DNA from: Bacteroidales bacterium
GTDB taxonomy: Bacteria > Bacteroidota > Bacteroidia > Bacteroidales > WCHB1-69
DNA: 64,000 nucleotides
Direction of reading: 5' to 3'
NCBI GenBank assembly: GCA_017540505.1
Contig: JAFYAW010000005.1
Span: 2,197-66,196, forward strand
Positions 53,381 through 63,671 of this stretch are shown here, one piece after another. The notes under the pieces are model-generated. The model searched no databases. It was not told the DNA's origin and was given only the letters and a program-made list of their open reading frames with translations. The position numbers were made by a program, and so were the translations under genes. Positions within the stretch are counted from its first letter, which is position 1. Each line of letters opens with the position of its first letter.

Positions 53381-54502
53381 ATGATAGATTGGCAGAAAAA
53401 ACTCTTGGTCTTATTGCTTTTCACCGGCATGTTCGGGGCGGTGGGTTATGCGCAGGATGATGCACAATTTACCCTTTTCCCTTGGGCAACTTCCTATTAT
53501 AATGCGGGTGGTATTGGTGAGCAGAACAACACTTTGTGTTTTACGGCAATCTATAACAACAAATATGTGGGGTGGAAAGATATATATACGGTGAACGGTG
53601 TGGACTCCTCGAATAAGACGGCCCCGCAGGACTTTCTCTTTAACATGGAATCCTATTTGAAGAAGCTGCACGGCTCCATAGGCATATCGGTTGTGGGCGA
53701 TTGGTTGGGCTTCTACGAGAATGTGGGGGTGAAATTGGGCTATGCGTACAAGTTGCGCATCGGCGGCGGTCATCTGGGTATTGGTGCCCAGCTTTCGCTG
53801 TTCAACCAGAAAATATCGAGCTCCAGTTTCCGTCCCATAGAGTCGGGCGACCCTGTGTTGGGAGGATTGGACAACTCCACGTTGGATATGGACTTCTCCT
53901 TCGGCCTTCTTTACACCACCGACCAGTGGTATGTGGGGGCAGGTCTGACCAACATCGCCGGGGCTTTGGACAAGGACCAGAAGCTGCGCCTCACGGGTGA
54001 CCGCGGTACGCAGCGTAGCTCGCATCTCTATTTGCATGGCGGATACACCTGGATTATACCGGCTAACCCCAATTGGGAACTGCTTCCCCAAACGATGTTG
54101 AAAATGAGTTATTCACCTGTGCCCAAGATGGACGAGAACGGTAATTTCGTCCTGGATTCCAAGGGTAATTACATGTCAAAGGTGAAATTCAACGTGGTCC
54201 AATGGGATGTGATGCTCCTGGCCCGCTATAACGGTGTTTTCTGGGGTGGTCTCGGCTACCGTCTGCAGGATGCTGTTTCGGTGATTTTCGGAGCACGTCC
54301 GTTCTACAATTCCTCCAATATCTATCTCAAAGGTCTGGATGCCGGTCTTTCCTACAGCTTTACAGCCAATAAGTTGGGCTATCGTATCAACCGCAGTTTC
54401 GGTGATATTGAGGTGATGGTCCGCTACTGTTTCGACATCTACAAACCGGAGATTTTCTCAGGCTACGGTTCCACTCGTTCCATCTACAAGAACCAATATT
54501 AA
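53381..54502 (+). CDS. porP: T9SS membrane protein PorP/SprF family
   Basis: A signal peptide followed by AQDDAQFTLFPWATSYYNAGGIG, the PorP/SprF N-terminal pattern. Its position is immediately 5' of gldK. Confidence 0.75.
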   Translation: MIDWQKKLLVLLLFTGMFGAVGYAQDDAQFTLFPWATSYYNAGGIGEQNNTLCFTAIYNNKYVGWKDIYTVNGVDSSNKTAPQDFLFNMESYLKKLHGSIGISVVGDWLGFYENVGVKLGYAYKLRIGGGHLGIGAQLSLFNQKISSSSFRPIESGDPVLGGLDNSTLDMDFSFGLLYTTDQWYVGAGLTNIAGALDKDQKLRLTGDRGTQRSSHLYLHGGYTWIIPANPNWELLPQTMLKMSYSPVPKMDENGNFVLDSKGNYMSKVKFNVVQWDVMLLARYNGVFWGGLGYRLQDAVSVIFGARPFYNSSNIYLKGLDAGLSYSFTANKLGYRINRSFGDIEVMVRYCFDIYKPEIFSGYGSTRSIYKNQY

Positions 54503-54573
54503 CATTTGTAAAGAAAATTAATGATAATAAATCAAATATACTCACGTTAGAAAAATCAATAAAATTTATACAA

Positions 54574-56004
54574 ATGAAAAGGGTAGTTATTTTTCTTGCA
54601 GCAGCCTTAGTTGTGCTCTCCTCCTGTTCCAACGGTGGTGATGGACAACTTGTCGGCGTAAAGGATCGTCCGGATTTCTATGATGTGGATCCTTTCGGAA
54701 TGGTCTATATCCCGACGGGCCACTACATCATGGGTGGCGGCGATCAGGATGTGCCGTTCGCTCTGACGCAACAGTCAAAGAACGTGACCGTTGCCGCGTT
54801 TTGGATGGACGAGACGGAAATCACGAACAACGAATACCGCCAGTTCGTGTATTGGGTCCGCGACTCCATCGCACACGTGCTCCTCGGTGACGCCGAAATC
54901 ACCGAAGCCGAGAAGTACGGCCACTATCTGAAATACAAGAGTGGTGAGAACGAAGGTGAAGTCATAGAGCCCAAATTGATCAACTGGAAAGAGGAGATTC
55001 CTTGGGATTCCGACAACGAGGAGGTCCAGGCTGCTCTCAGCCCGTTGTACAACAAGGTCAACACGCGCTTCTATCACTATCGTCCCAACTCGACCAATGT
55101 CGCCATGTACAATTACGAGTACTGGTGGTATGACTACCGCAACTTCCGTGATCCGAAGGATCCCGACAACTTCGGTGCCTCCACCAAGGAGTTCGACAAG
55201 GAGGGCAGCGAATATGGTGGTCTCTATGCCAACCGTCCCAGCAGCTTGGGGAACGGATATCAGCGCTTTATCAAACATGAGGTGGTCAACATCTACCCGG
55301 ACACCCTCTGCTGGGCGCATGACTTTGTCTATTCCTACAACGAGCCTATGGTGCTGAACTACTTCTCCAACCCGCAATACGACAACTATCCCGTGGTGGG
55401 TGTGAGCTGGCAGCAGGCCAAGGCCTTCTCTTACTGGAGAACACACCTCCGCATGTCCTGGCTCTCTTCCAAGGAGTATGCCAACGAGCATGAGTTCAGA
55501 TTGCCCACCGAGGCGGAATGGGAATGGGCAGCCCGTGGCGGCAACAGCCTTGCCTCCTATCCGTGGGGTGGTCCTTATACCACCAACCAGAACGGCTGCT
55601 TCCTGAGCAACTTCAAACCCCAGAGAGGTAACTACATCGCTGACGATAACTTCTATCCCAGCATTGTGGCCCACTATCACCCGAACGACTGGGGTCTGTT
55701 TGACATGAGCGGCAATGTGGCTGAATGGTGCGAGGATGCCTTCGACAAGTCGGCTACGAACTTCACGCATGACATGAACCCGGTGTACACCTATTATGCC
55801 AAGAAGGACGACTCTCCGGCCAAGAAGAGAAAAGTGATCCGCGGCGGTTCCTGGAAGGATGTCAGCTACTATACGACCGTTTATGCGCGCACGTACGAGT
55901 ATCAGGACACTTGTAAGTCCTACGTCGGATTCCGTAACGTGCAGTCCTACATGGGTCGTCAGCGTGGCGACGGTTCCAGCAAGAACGCATCTCACGTTTA
56001 TTAA
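54574..56004 (+). CDS. gldK: T9SS lipoprotein GldK/PorK (FGE-sulfatase/SUMF1 fold)
   Basis: Lipobox VLSSCS, then GQLVGV, GMVYIPTGHYIMG and RGGSWKD. Confidence 0.9.
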   Translation: MKRVVIFLAAALVVLSSCSNGGDGQLVGVKDRPDFYDVDPFGMVYIPTGHYIMGGGDQDVPFALTQQSKNVTVAAFWMDETEITNNEYRQFVYWVRDSIAHVLLGDAEITEAEKYGHYLKYKSGENEGEVIEPKLINWKEEIPWDSDNEEVQAALSPLYNKVNTRFYHYRPNSTNVAMYNYEYWWYDYRNFRDPKDPDNFGASTKEFDKEGSEYGGLYANRPSSLGNGYQRFIKHEVVNIYPDTLCWAHDFVYSYNEPMVLNYFSNPQYDNYPVVGVSWQQAKAFSYWRTHLRMSWLSSKEYANEHEFRLPTEAEWEWAARGGNSLASYPWGGPYTTNQNGCFLSNFKPQRGNYIADDNFYPSIVAHYHPNDWGLFDMSGNVAEWCEDAFDKSATNFTHDMNPVYTYYAKKDDSPAKKRKVIRGGSWKDVSYYTTVYARTYEYQDTCKSYVGFRNVQSYMGRQRGDGSSKNASHVY

Positions 56005-56059
56005 TAGAAAATTATTATAACAAATTCATAAATCATTAACCAAATTAAATCTATCAAAA

Positions 56060-56779
56060 ATGAATGCTATTGAAAGATTAGTCAGAACTAACGGGTACAA
56101 GAACTTCATGGCCAAGTTGTATGGCTGGGGTGCTGCTGTTGTGATTTTGGGCGCCTTGTTCAAGATCCTCCACTGGCCGGGTGCCAACATCATGCTTATG
56201 GTGGGTATGTTTACGGAGACCATCATTTTCTTCTTCTCCGCATTCGAACCCCTGCATGTCGAATACAACTGGGCTTTAGTATATCCGGAGCTGGCCATCG
56301 CCGAGGAACCGGCAGAGCCGAGCAAACGTGAGAAGAAGAAACTGGCCCAGAACGGTACGCCGACCCAGCAGCTTGACAAGATGCTGGAAGAGGCTAAGAT
56401 CGGTCCCGAACTGATTGAGAGTCTGGCAACAGGTATGCGCAATTTGAGCGATAACGCCAAGAAACTGGCCGGCGTTTCGGATGCCGCCGTGGCTACCGAC
56501 AGCTTCGTTGGCAACATGACCAAGGCCGCCGAATCCGTCCGCAATCTGACATTGAAATATGACAAGGCCGCTGCCGCCATCGATAGCGATGGTAGCGCTT
56601 CTGCCGCTTACGTCGAGAGCTTGAAGAAAGCCACCACGGCTGTCAACCAGCTCACCGCCGCCTACGAGCAGACCACGACCTACAAGGCTGAAATGGACAA
56701 ACTCACGAACAATATCGCCGCCCTCAGCAAGGTTTATGGCAACATGCTTGCCGCCATGGGCGTCAACCCCAATAAATAG
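56060..56779 (+). CDS. gldL: T9SS motor component GldL/PorL
   Basis: YGWGAAVVILGALFKILHWPGA...ETIIFFFSAFEP. Confidence 0.9.
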   Translation: MNAIERLVRTNGYKNFMAKLYGWGAAVVILGALFKILHWPGANIMLMVGMFTETIIFFFSAFEPLHVEYNWALVYPELAIAEEPAEPSKREKKKLAQNGTPTQQLDKMLEEAKIGPELIESLATGMRNLSDNAKKLAGVSDAAVATDSFVGNMTKAAESVRNLTLKYDKAAAAIDSDGSASAAYVESLKKATTAVNQLTAAYEQTTTYKAEMDKLTNNIAALSKVYGNMLAAMGVNPNK

Positions 56780-56833
56780 TCCGCATCATTTTAATCACTG
56801 TTTACACTAAATCATTAACTTAATTTATTAGAT

Positions 56834-58465
56834 ATGGGTGCAACAAATTGTCCGGAGACCCCGCGACAGAAAATGATTCAGATGATGTACTTGGTCTATA
56901 CCGCCATGTTGGCGTTGAACGTATCTGCGGATATCTTGAACGCTTTCATCGTGGTGGACGACACATTGGCTATTTCCACACGCAACGCCACACAACAGAA
57001 TTTCGCCGACTACAACTGGTTTGAACAGCAGAAGACGATTCTGGGTGAGGCTAAGATTCACGATGCATACGTTAACGCGCAGAACCTCAGAAAAGAGACT
57101 GACAAGATGGTGAAATACATTGAGAATATGCGCCAGGACCTGATTTTCTACGTTGATGGTGACACGTTGGTTGAAATCAAGAACGAGAAAGGCAAGAAGG
57201 TGAAAGTCCCCTCCACGGTCTCCACAATGAAGGCGAAGGAGAACTTCGACAAGCCTACCGACTATATGATCAACAAGAAGCACGCTTACGAGCTTGCAGA
57301 TAAGATCCGGGAATACAAGAAGAACATCCTTAAGCTGGCGAAACCCGCCGACCGCGAGAGACTTTCTGAAGGTCTGGGTCTGAATGTGGACCAGAAGTTC
57401 ACCAAGGAAGGTGCCGTGCAGACGTGGGCGGAGCACAATTTCGACCATATCATCGCAGCGGCTGCCGTCACCCTCTTGAATAAGGAGGTGGGTGAGGTCC
57501 GCAACGCCGAGTCCATGATGCTCACCTACCTGAAGGCCTCCATCAGTGCCGAGGACTTCAAGTTCGACCATGTGGAGGGCCGTGCCATCCCGAAATCCCA
57601 GATGGTGTTCTCCGGCGACAATTACGAGGCTGACATCATCGTGGCTGCTTACGACACGAAATCCACTCCGGAAGTCTTCTACAAGATGGGTGCTGACACG
57701 CTGACCGAAGCCGGTCTGGCGGGTGCTACCAAGCTGGAGGGCGAAAACGGCGTCGTGAAACTGAAACTCGCCGCGGGCGATGTGGGTGAGAAACGCTATG
57801 CCGGTTTGATTAAGATTATGGACCCGAGCGGCCAACCGAAATACTACGGCTTCAGCGACAAATACGCTGTGCTGAAACCGTCTGCTACGATTGCGGCTGA
57901 CAAGATGAACGTGCTTTACGCAGGTATTGCCAACCCTGTGTCCGTATCCGCTCCGGTGGATCCCGGCAAGTTGAGCATCTCGTTCCCCGGCTGTAATGTG
58001 AGCAGCCAGGGTGCCGGCAAGTTCGATGTGTCGGTTCCCGCTTCCTTGATCGGAAGGACCGTCACTGCCACAGTTTCTGCCAAATTGGGTGAGTCCACCA
58101 AGCAGCTCGGTGCCACCACCTTCCGTGTGAAGAAGGTTCCCGATCCTCGTGCCGTGCTGGGTGCCAACATCCGCGGTGGCAAACACGCCAAGGCTGAGCT
58201 TACCGCCAACCCGGTGCTTCGTGCCACGATGGGTGAGGACTTTGCCTACGACTTGAAATGGAAAGTCAACTCTTTCCGCGTTATCTTCGTGAGCAAGGGT
58301 ATGGAAGACCCCGCCATGGTTTGCCAGGGCGGTGCCCTCTCGGAGGCTGTGAAAGCCAAAATCCAGAAGTCTCCCGCCAATACGGTTATCTACTTCTCGG
58401 ATATCAAAGTGTCGTCCGAGGCCGGATCCCGTACACTTGACGAATTTTCTGTTCGTATCAGATAA
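56834..58465 (+). CDS. gldM: T9SS component GldM/PorM
   Basis: N-terminal PRQKMIQMMYLVYTAMLALNVS; 543 aa. Confidence 0.9.
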   Translation: MGATNCPETPRQKMIQMMYLVYTAMLALNVSADILNAFIVVDDTLAISTRNATQQNFADYNWFEQQKTILGEAKIHDAYVNAQNLRKETDKMVKYIENMRQDLIFYVDGDTLVEIKNEKGKKVKVPSTVSTMKAKENFDKPTDYMINKKHAYELADKIREYKKNILKLAKPADRERLSEGLGLNVDQKFTKEGAVQTWAEHNFDHIIAAAAVTLLNKEVGEVRNAESMMLTYLKASISAEDFKFDHVEGRAIPKSQMVFSGDNYEADIIVAAYDTKSTPEVFYKMGADTLTEAGLAGATKLEGENGVVKLKLAAGDVGEKRYAGLIKIMDPSGQPKYYGFSDKYAVLKPSATIAADKMNVLYAGIANPVSVSAPVDPGKLSISFPGCNVSSQGAGKFDVSVPASLIGRTVTATVSAKLGESTKQLGATTFRVKKVPDPRAVLGANIRGGKHAKAELTANPVLRATMGEDFAYDLKWKVNSFRVIFVSKGMEDPAMVCQGGALSEAVKAKIQKSPANTVIYFSDIKVSSEAGSRTLDEFSVRIR

Positions 58466-58483
58466 TTTTAAAACTACTATATT

Positions 58484-59416
58484 ATGAAAAAGTTTGGTTT
58501 GTTATTAATCGGAATTTTCGCCTTCTCATTCGCTTTTGCACAGGATGATGAGGAAGGCAGCACCATGCAGCAGCCTATCAACCGCGCCCCGGCAGAATTT
58601 GCTTGGGAGCAGGTGGATGTGGGCGAGTTCTCGGACCCCGTTCCGTATGCGCCCATCCGGCAGGCTGACGTGATGTACTATTACACCATCTGGAGAACCA
58701 TCGACCTCCGGGAAAAGGTGAACCACCCGCTCTACTTCCCCACGGAAGTGCGCGGCACGTGGCGCAGCCTTGCCCAGACCATCTTCGATGCCATCGATAT
58801 GGACAACCCCGAAAAGACGGAAGGAGTTCTGCCCGTCTATACGGATGACATGTGCCTGGAGCCCACTCCGCGTGGAGATTTGAGAGGCAACCTGGCCATT
58901 TCCTACAATATCGATGATATTGACATTGAAACGGGTGAGGTCATTGGTACCAAGCCGGTGGAGATTCCCTTCGAGCCGAAGGACATTATTTCCTACAATA
59001 TCAAGGAAATATGGTATTTCGACAAGCAGACCTCCACATTCAAGACCCAGATTCTGACTCTCGAACCCATTATGGAGTATGTGCGCCCCAACACATCTTC
59101 CAATTTCGATGAGGATCAGGAGGAGAATGTGAGTGAGGCCCCGGTGAAGAAACGTATCGGTTACATCTATTATAGTGAGCTGAGACCGTTCCTCGCCAAG
59201 CAGGAGGTTTATAATGTGCGCAACAACGCCCAGCGTCTCTCTTTTGATGATCTGCTGACCTGGAAGCGCGAGTTTGCCTCCCTGATTTACAAGCAGGCCA
59301 ATGTGTATGACCGTGAGATTCAGGAATACATTACCAATTCCCGCGACCAGCGCATTGAATCCGAGCGGATTACCGACGAGCTTCGTAAATTCGAAAGCGA
59401 CCTTTGGGAATTTTAA
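58484..59416 (+). CDS. gldN: T9SS component GldN/PorN
   Basis: A signal peptide, size of 310 aa, and the conserved position after gldM. Confidence 0.8.
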   Translation: MKKFGLLLIGIFAFSFAFAQDDEEGSTMQQPINRAPAEFAWEQVDVGEFSDPVPYAPIRQADVMYYYTIWRTIDLREKVNHPLYFPTEVRGTWRSLAQTIFDAIDMDNPEKTEGVLPVYTDDMCLEPTPRGDLRGNLAISYNIDDIDIETGEVIGTKPVEIPFEPKDIISYNIKEIWYFDKQTSTFKTQILTLEPIMEYVRPNTSSNFDEDQEENVSEAPVKKRIGYIYYSELRPFLAKQEVYNVRNNAQRLSFDDLLTWKREFASLIYKQANVYDREIQEYITNSRDQRIESERITDELRKFESDLWEF

Positions 59417-59450
59417 AAACAAAAACCAGACTTTTTTCATAGAATATAAA

Positions 59451-59479
59451 ACGGGTGCCGAGGGTACCCGTTTTTTTTT
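59451..59479 (+). terminator. Rho-independent terminator after gldN
   Basis: ACGGGTGCC-GAG-GGTACCCGT (9-bp stem with one G-U pair) followed by T9. Confidence 0.75.
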
Positions 59480-59486
59480 ACCTTTG
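59479..59486 (+). promoter_or_regulatory. -7 promoter box TACCTTTG
   Basis: 16 nt upstream of the ATG at 59503. It overlaps the end of the terminator T-tract. Confidence 0.45.
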
Positions 59487-59502
59487 CAAAAAAAATATTC
59501 CT

Positions 59503-60489
59503 ATGATTGTAATTACGGGTGCGGCCGGTTTTATTGGCAGTTGTATGGTGGCTAAAATGAATGAGATGGGCCGCCGTGACATCGTTATGGTGGATGATTT
59601 TTCCAAGGAAATCAAACGCCGGAACTGGGAGGATAAGTTGTATCTGGACAAGATACATCGGAATGATTTCTTCCAGTGGGCTGAGCAGCATGTTGACGAC
59701 ATCGAATGGATTATCCATCTGGGTGCCCGCACGGACACCACGGAGTTTGATTATTCCGTCTTTGAGGAATTGAATGTGGACTACACACGGCGGGTATGGA
59801 ATCTGGCCGCCAAACATGGGATTCCGCTTATATACGCCTCCTCGGCGGCCACGTATGGCGCGGGTGAGTTGGGCTATGTGGATCAGGAACAGTTGGCATA
59901 CCGCCTACAGCCCCTGAACCCGTACGGCAAGTCCAAGAACGAGATCGACAAGTGGATTCTGAAGCAGCCTTCAGCCCCGCCGTATTGGTACGGGTTCAAG
60001 TTCTTTAATGTCTATGGCCCGAACGAGTACCACAAGGGGCGGATGGCGTCGGTGGTGTTCCATGCGTTCCATCAGATTCAGGATACAGGGAAGGTGAAGC
60101 TCTTCCGCTCGCACCGTCCGGATTACGCGGACGGCTACCAGTTGCGCGATTTTGTGTATGTGAAGGATCTGGTGCGGGTGCTGTACTGGTTCATGAACCA
60201 TCATCCGGCCAGCGGGATTTACAACCTCGGTACCGGTCTGGCGCGGCCTTTCTTGAGCTTGGCGGAATCGACCTTCGCTGCGATGAAGATGGAACCGAAT
60301 ATTGAATTTGTGGATATGCCGGAGGATATACGGGAAAAATACCAGTATTTCACGGAAGCGGATATGCATAAGATGCGTGGGGTGGGCTATAGGAGGCCGT
60401 TTTACTCGTTGGAAGATGGGGTCAAGTCGTATGTGCGGCGTTATCTGCTCAAAGACCGGGTTTATTCGTTATCCACAAAAAGGTTTTAA
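59503..60489 (+). CDS. hldD: ADP-glyceromanno-heptose 6-epimerase
   Basis: MIVITGAAGFIGS, IYASSAATYG, FKFFNVYGPNEYHKGRMASVVFH and RDFVYVKD closely parallel E. coli HldD. Confidence 0.85.
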   Translation: MIVITGAAGFIGSCMVAKMNEMGRRDIVMVDDFSKEIKRRNWEDKLYLDKIHRNDFFQWAEQHVDDIEWIIHLGARTDTTEFDYSVFEELNVDYTRRVWNLAAKHGIPLIYASSAATYGAGELGYVDQEQLAYRLQPLNPYGKSKNEIDKWILKQPSAPPYWYGFKFFNVYGPNEYHKGRMASVVFHAFHQIQDTGKVKLFRSHRPDYADGYQLRDFVYVKDLVRVLYWFMNHHPASGIYNLGTGLARPFLSLAESTFAAMKMEPNIEFVDMPEDIREKYQYFTEADMHKMRGVGYRRPFYSLEDGVKSYVRRYLLKDRVYSLSTKRF

Positions 60490-60529
60490 ATTCTTTTTTT
60501 TAGTGCGCTTGTTATATTAAAGTTTTTTA

Positions 60530-60537
60530 TATCTTTG
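60530..60537 (+). promoter_or_regulatory. -7 promoter box TATCTTTG
   Basis: About 60 nt upstream of the ATG at 60599. Confidence 0.4.
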
Positions 60538-60598
60538 TCTTCCCTAAAACTACAAATTTTTATTGTCGATAGTCTATTAGTCTAATAAATTTTTGCCA

Positions 60599-62800
60599 AT
60601 GAAAAACTATACGGATAAGGAGATTCTGCAGACCTTGAAAACGGTTTTTGGTTACGACAAGTTCAAAGGTGACCAATTGAAGATTATTAAATCGTTGCTC
60701 AAGGGCAAAGATTGTTTCGTTATCATGCCTACTGGTGGTGGCAAGTCTTTGTGCTACCAGCTGCCGGCACTGATGAAGGAGGGCACGGCCATCATCATCT
60801 CCCCGCTGATCGCCTTGATGAAGAACCAGGTGGATGCCATCCGGAACTTCGGCACGGACATGGGTATTGCCCATTTCCTCAACTCCTCGCTGACGAAAAT
60901 GGAGATCAACGAGGTGAAGCAGGACCTCATTTCCGGTAAGACGAAACTGCTGTATGTGGCTCCCGAGTCGCTGACGAAAGAGGAGAACGTGAAGTTCTTC
61001 CAGGATGTGAACATCTCCTTTTACGCTATCGATGAGGCTCACTGTATTTCGGAATGGGGACACGATTTCCGTCCGGAGTACCGCCGCATCCGCGCCATTA
61101 TCAACAAGATTGGCAAAAAGGTTCCGGTGATTGCGCTGACGGCCACGGCCACTCCCAAGGTGCAGAGCGATATCCAGAAGAACCTCGGCATGGATAAGGC
61201 GGAGATTTTCATCTCGTCGTTCAACCGGCCGAATCTGTATTATGAAATCCGGGAGAAGACCAAGGACGTGGACAAGGAGGTGGTGAAATTCATCAAGAAC
61301 CACCCCGGCAAGTCGGGTATCATCTACTGCCTGAGCCGGAAGAAGGTGGAGGAGCTTGCTTCGTTCCTGCAGGTGAACAAGATCCGGGCCCTGCCGTATC
61401 ATGCGGGTCTGGACTCGCGCACGCGTGTGCAGAACCAGGATGACTTCCTGATGGAGAAGGCCGACGTCATCGTGGCCACCATCGCCTTCGGTATGGGTAT
61501 TGACAAGCCCGATGTGCGTTTTGTCATCCACTACGATATGCCCAAAAGTCTGGAAGGCTACTATCAGGAGACCGGTCGTGCCGGCCGTGACGACGGCGAG
61601 GGCCTCTGCATCGCCTTCTATGATTACAAGGATCTGCACAAGTTGAAGAACTTCTCCAACAAGAAGTCGGTGGCCGAGCAGGAGGTGGTGAACCAGCTGC
61701 TGGCGGAGACCGCCTCGTATGCGGAATCGACCAGCTGCCGCCGCAAACATCTGCTCCACTATTTCGGTGAGAACTATGAGGAGGAGAACTGCCACAACTG
61801 CGACAACTGCAACCATCCGAAACCCAAGATGAACGCTTCGGAGCTTATTGTGTTGGCTATGGAAGTGATTCAAACGGTGAAACAGCAGTTCAAGGAAGAC
61901 CAGATTATCGACATTCTGATTGGTAATAAAACAACTTCCATCGTCAAATTCAAGCATAACAAGCTCAAACAGTTTGGCGAGGGACAGGATTACGACGAGA
62001 AATTCTGGTCCAACATCATCCGTCTGGCCATTTTCGATGGCCTTATTGTAAAGGATGTGGAGAATTACGGTCTGCTCAAAATCACCCCGAAAGGGGAGAA
62101 GTATATGCTCAACCCCTATTCCATCATGACCACCAAGCCGGCGAAGGAGAATGAGGAGGAGGAAGACGAGGTGATTGACAATGTGGTCGGTGGCGTAGAA
62201 GAAGCCTTTGATACGGCCCTCTTCGGTCTGCTGAAAGATTTGCGGAAGGATATCTCCAAGGAGGAGAATTTGCCTCCGTTCGTGATCTTCCAGGATCCCT
62301 CGTTGGAGGATATGTGTATCCAGTATCCCACCACGATGGAGGAGATGACGCACATCGCCGGTGTGGGTGTGGGTAAGGCGCAGAAGTACGGCAAACGTTT
62401 TATCGAACTTATCCGCAATTATGTGGAGGAGAATGAGATAGAGCGTCCACAGGACTTTGTGGTGAAATCCGTGGTCAAGAAGTCGGCCATCAAGGTGTTC
62501 ATCATCCAGAGCATTGACAGGAAGGTGAGCTTTGAAGATATCGCCATCGCCAAGGGTTTGGATATGAATGAGTTGTTGAGCGAGATAGAGATGATTGTCT
62601 CCTCCGGCACCAAGATTGACATCAGCTATTATATTGATGAGGAGATTGAGGAGTACCACCAGGAGGACATTCTGGACTATTTCGCCAATGCGGAATCGGA
62701 TTCGGCAGAGAAGGCACTTGAAGTGCTGGGTGAGGACGAATACACCTTGGAGGAGATCCGCGTGATGCGCATCAAGTATTTGTCGGATGTAGGGAATTAA
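60599..62800 (+). CDS. recQ: ATP-dependent DNA helicase RecQ
   Basis: [42 protein letters not shown], a Zn-binding CRRK...C..CDNC motif and a C-terminal HRDC-like region. Confidence 0.9.
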   Translation: MKNYTDKEILQTLKTVFGYDKFKGDQLKIIKSLLKGKDCFVIMPTGGGKSLCYQLPALMKEGTAIIISPLIALMKNQVDAIRNFGTDMGIAHFLNSSLTKMEINEVKQDLISGKTKLLYVAPESLTKEENVKFFQDVNISFYAIDEAHCISEWGHDFRPEYRRIRAIINKIGKKVPVIALTATATPKVQSDIQKNLGMDKAEIFISSFNRPNLYYEIREKTKDVDKEVVKFIKNHPGKSGIIYCLSRKKVEELASFLQVNKIRALPYHAGLDSRTRVQNQDDFLMEKADVIVATIAFGMGIDKPDVRFVIHYDMPKSLEGYYQETGRAGRDDGEGLCIAFYDYKDLHKLKNFSNKKSVAEQEVVNQLLAETASYAESTSCRRKHLLHYFGENYEEENCHNCDNCNHPKPKMNASELIVLAMEVIQTVKQQFKEDQIIDILIGNKTTSIVKFKHNKLKQFGEGQDYDEKFWSNIIRLAIFDGLIVKDVENYGLLKITPKGEKYMLNPYSIMTTKPAKENEEEEDEVIDNVVGGVEEAFDTALFGLLKDLRKDISKEENLPPFVIFQDPSLEDMCIQYPTTMEEMTHIAGVGVGKAQKYGKRFIELIRNYVEENEIERPQDFVVKSVVKKSAIKVFIIQSIDRKVSFEDIAIAKGLDMNELLSEIEMIVSSGTKIDISYYIDEEIEEYHQEDILDYFANAESDSAEKALEVLGEDEYTLEEIRVMRIKYLSDVGN

Positions 62801-62835
62801 GAGTTTAGAGATTAGAGTTGAGAGTTTAGAGTTTT
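62801..62835. repeat. Heptamer array GAGTTTA GAGATTA GAGTTGA GAGTTTA GAGTTTT
   Basis: It starts at the nucleotide after the recQ stop codon and belongs to the same family as the reverse complement of 7795-7829. Confidence 0.85.
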
Positions 62836-62856
62836 GAAAAAAGAAATAAGAATAAA

Positions 62857-63660
62857 ATGGAAGAGATTAGAGAAAACAATTTGTTAAATGAGAATGTTGT
62901 GCCGGACGAGGTTATGCCTGGCTTTGTAGCGGCGGAATCGAAAGAGAAGAGTGAGCGTCAGGCACCGGAAACGCCGGAGCAGCCGGATGGTGAACCCGAG
63001 ATGCGGATGGAACCGGAAGAGGCCAGCAAAGGCAATGATGGCACCTGTGATGCGCGAGCCAAGCGTTGTCGGATAGGGCAGTGGATTTTCAACGCCCTGA
63101 TGCTGGCGGCGGTGGTCACGCTTTTTATCCTCCATTTCTGCCATAAGCCGGAGAAGTATGCCGCACCGTTAGTGTCGGGACAGCCTGGCAACGGGGATGT
63201 GGTCTATGTGAATATCGACACCATCAACGAGAAGTATGAGATGGTCTCATTGCTGACGGACAGCATTGAGATGGAGAAGCAGCGTCAGGCGGTGGTGTTC
63301 CAGAACCGTCAGAAAGCGCTGGAGCAGAAGCTGAGCAACTACCAGAACAATATGCAGAGCGGCCAGCTTACAGCCCAGCAGGCACAGTACGCCGAGGCCT
63401 CGCTGCAGCAGGAGAGCCAGCGTTTGCAGAACGACTACGCAGTGGCGGTGGAAGCCCTTGAGGCCCGCTATACGGCAGCACTGGCCCAGATTGCCGATTC
63501 GTTGAAGGCGGCCACTGCACGCGTCAACAAGAAGTACAACGCCTCGTTCGTGTTCAGCTACGGCGCCGGCGGACAGATGCTGTGCGCCGACCCCACCAAG
63601 GACATCACCAACGAGGTGCTGGATGAGCTGAACAAACCCTTTACCAGAAAACATAAATAA
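62857..63660 (+). CDS. OmpH/Skp-family periplasmic chaperone-like protein with a long acidic N-terminal extension and a TM anchor
   Basis: A coiled Q/A-rich core (NRQKALEQKLSNYQNNMQSGQLTAQQAQYAEASLQQESQRLQNDY) and a C-terminal ITNEVLDELN. Confidence 0.6.
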   Translation: MEEIRENNLLNENVVPDEVMPGFVAAESKEKSERQAPETPEQPDGEPEMRMEPEEASKGNDGTCDARAKRCRIGQWIFNALMLAAVVTLFILHFCHKPEKYAAPLVSGQPGNGDVVYVNIDTINEKYEMVSLLTDSIEMEKQRQAVVFQNRQKALEQKLSNYQNNMQSGQLTAQQAQYAEASLQQESQRLQNDYAVAVEALEARYTAALAQIADSLKAATARVNKKYNASFVFSYGAGGQMLCADPTKDITNEVLDELNKPFTRKHK

Positions 63661-63671
63661 TAGAATCGGGT

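Noticed and set aside
54775-58186. Long minus-strand ORFs of 406 aa and 452 aa opposite gldK and gldM
   Set aside because: They lie antisense to strongly supported T9SS genes, and their composition is typical of reverse-frame translation. Other shadows or alternative frames of real genes were rejected for the same reason: 38189-39199, 26495-27466, 30975-31670, 31767-32363, 33370-34053, 47268-47978, 7827-8366, 6620-7273, 13417-14178 and 16807-17625.
60560-62659. A 699-aa ORF on the minus strand covering almost the whole of recQ
   Set aside because: It lies antisense to a gene with unmistakable RecQ motifs. Its translation is low-complexity (rich in L, H, V, Q and R) and has no recognisable motif. 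This is a typical shadow ORF in GC-biased coding sequence.
7795-62835. The heptamer/octamer arrays and the 26-nt upstream RAYT repeats considered as CRISPR arrays
   Set aside because: The units are 7-8 nt or 26 nt and lie directly adjacent with no spacers. There are at most 8 units per array, and no cas genes are in the window.
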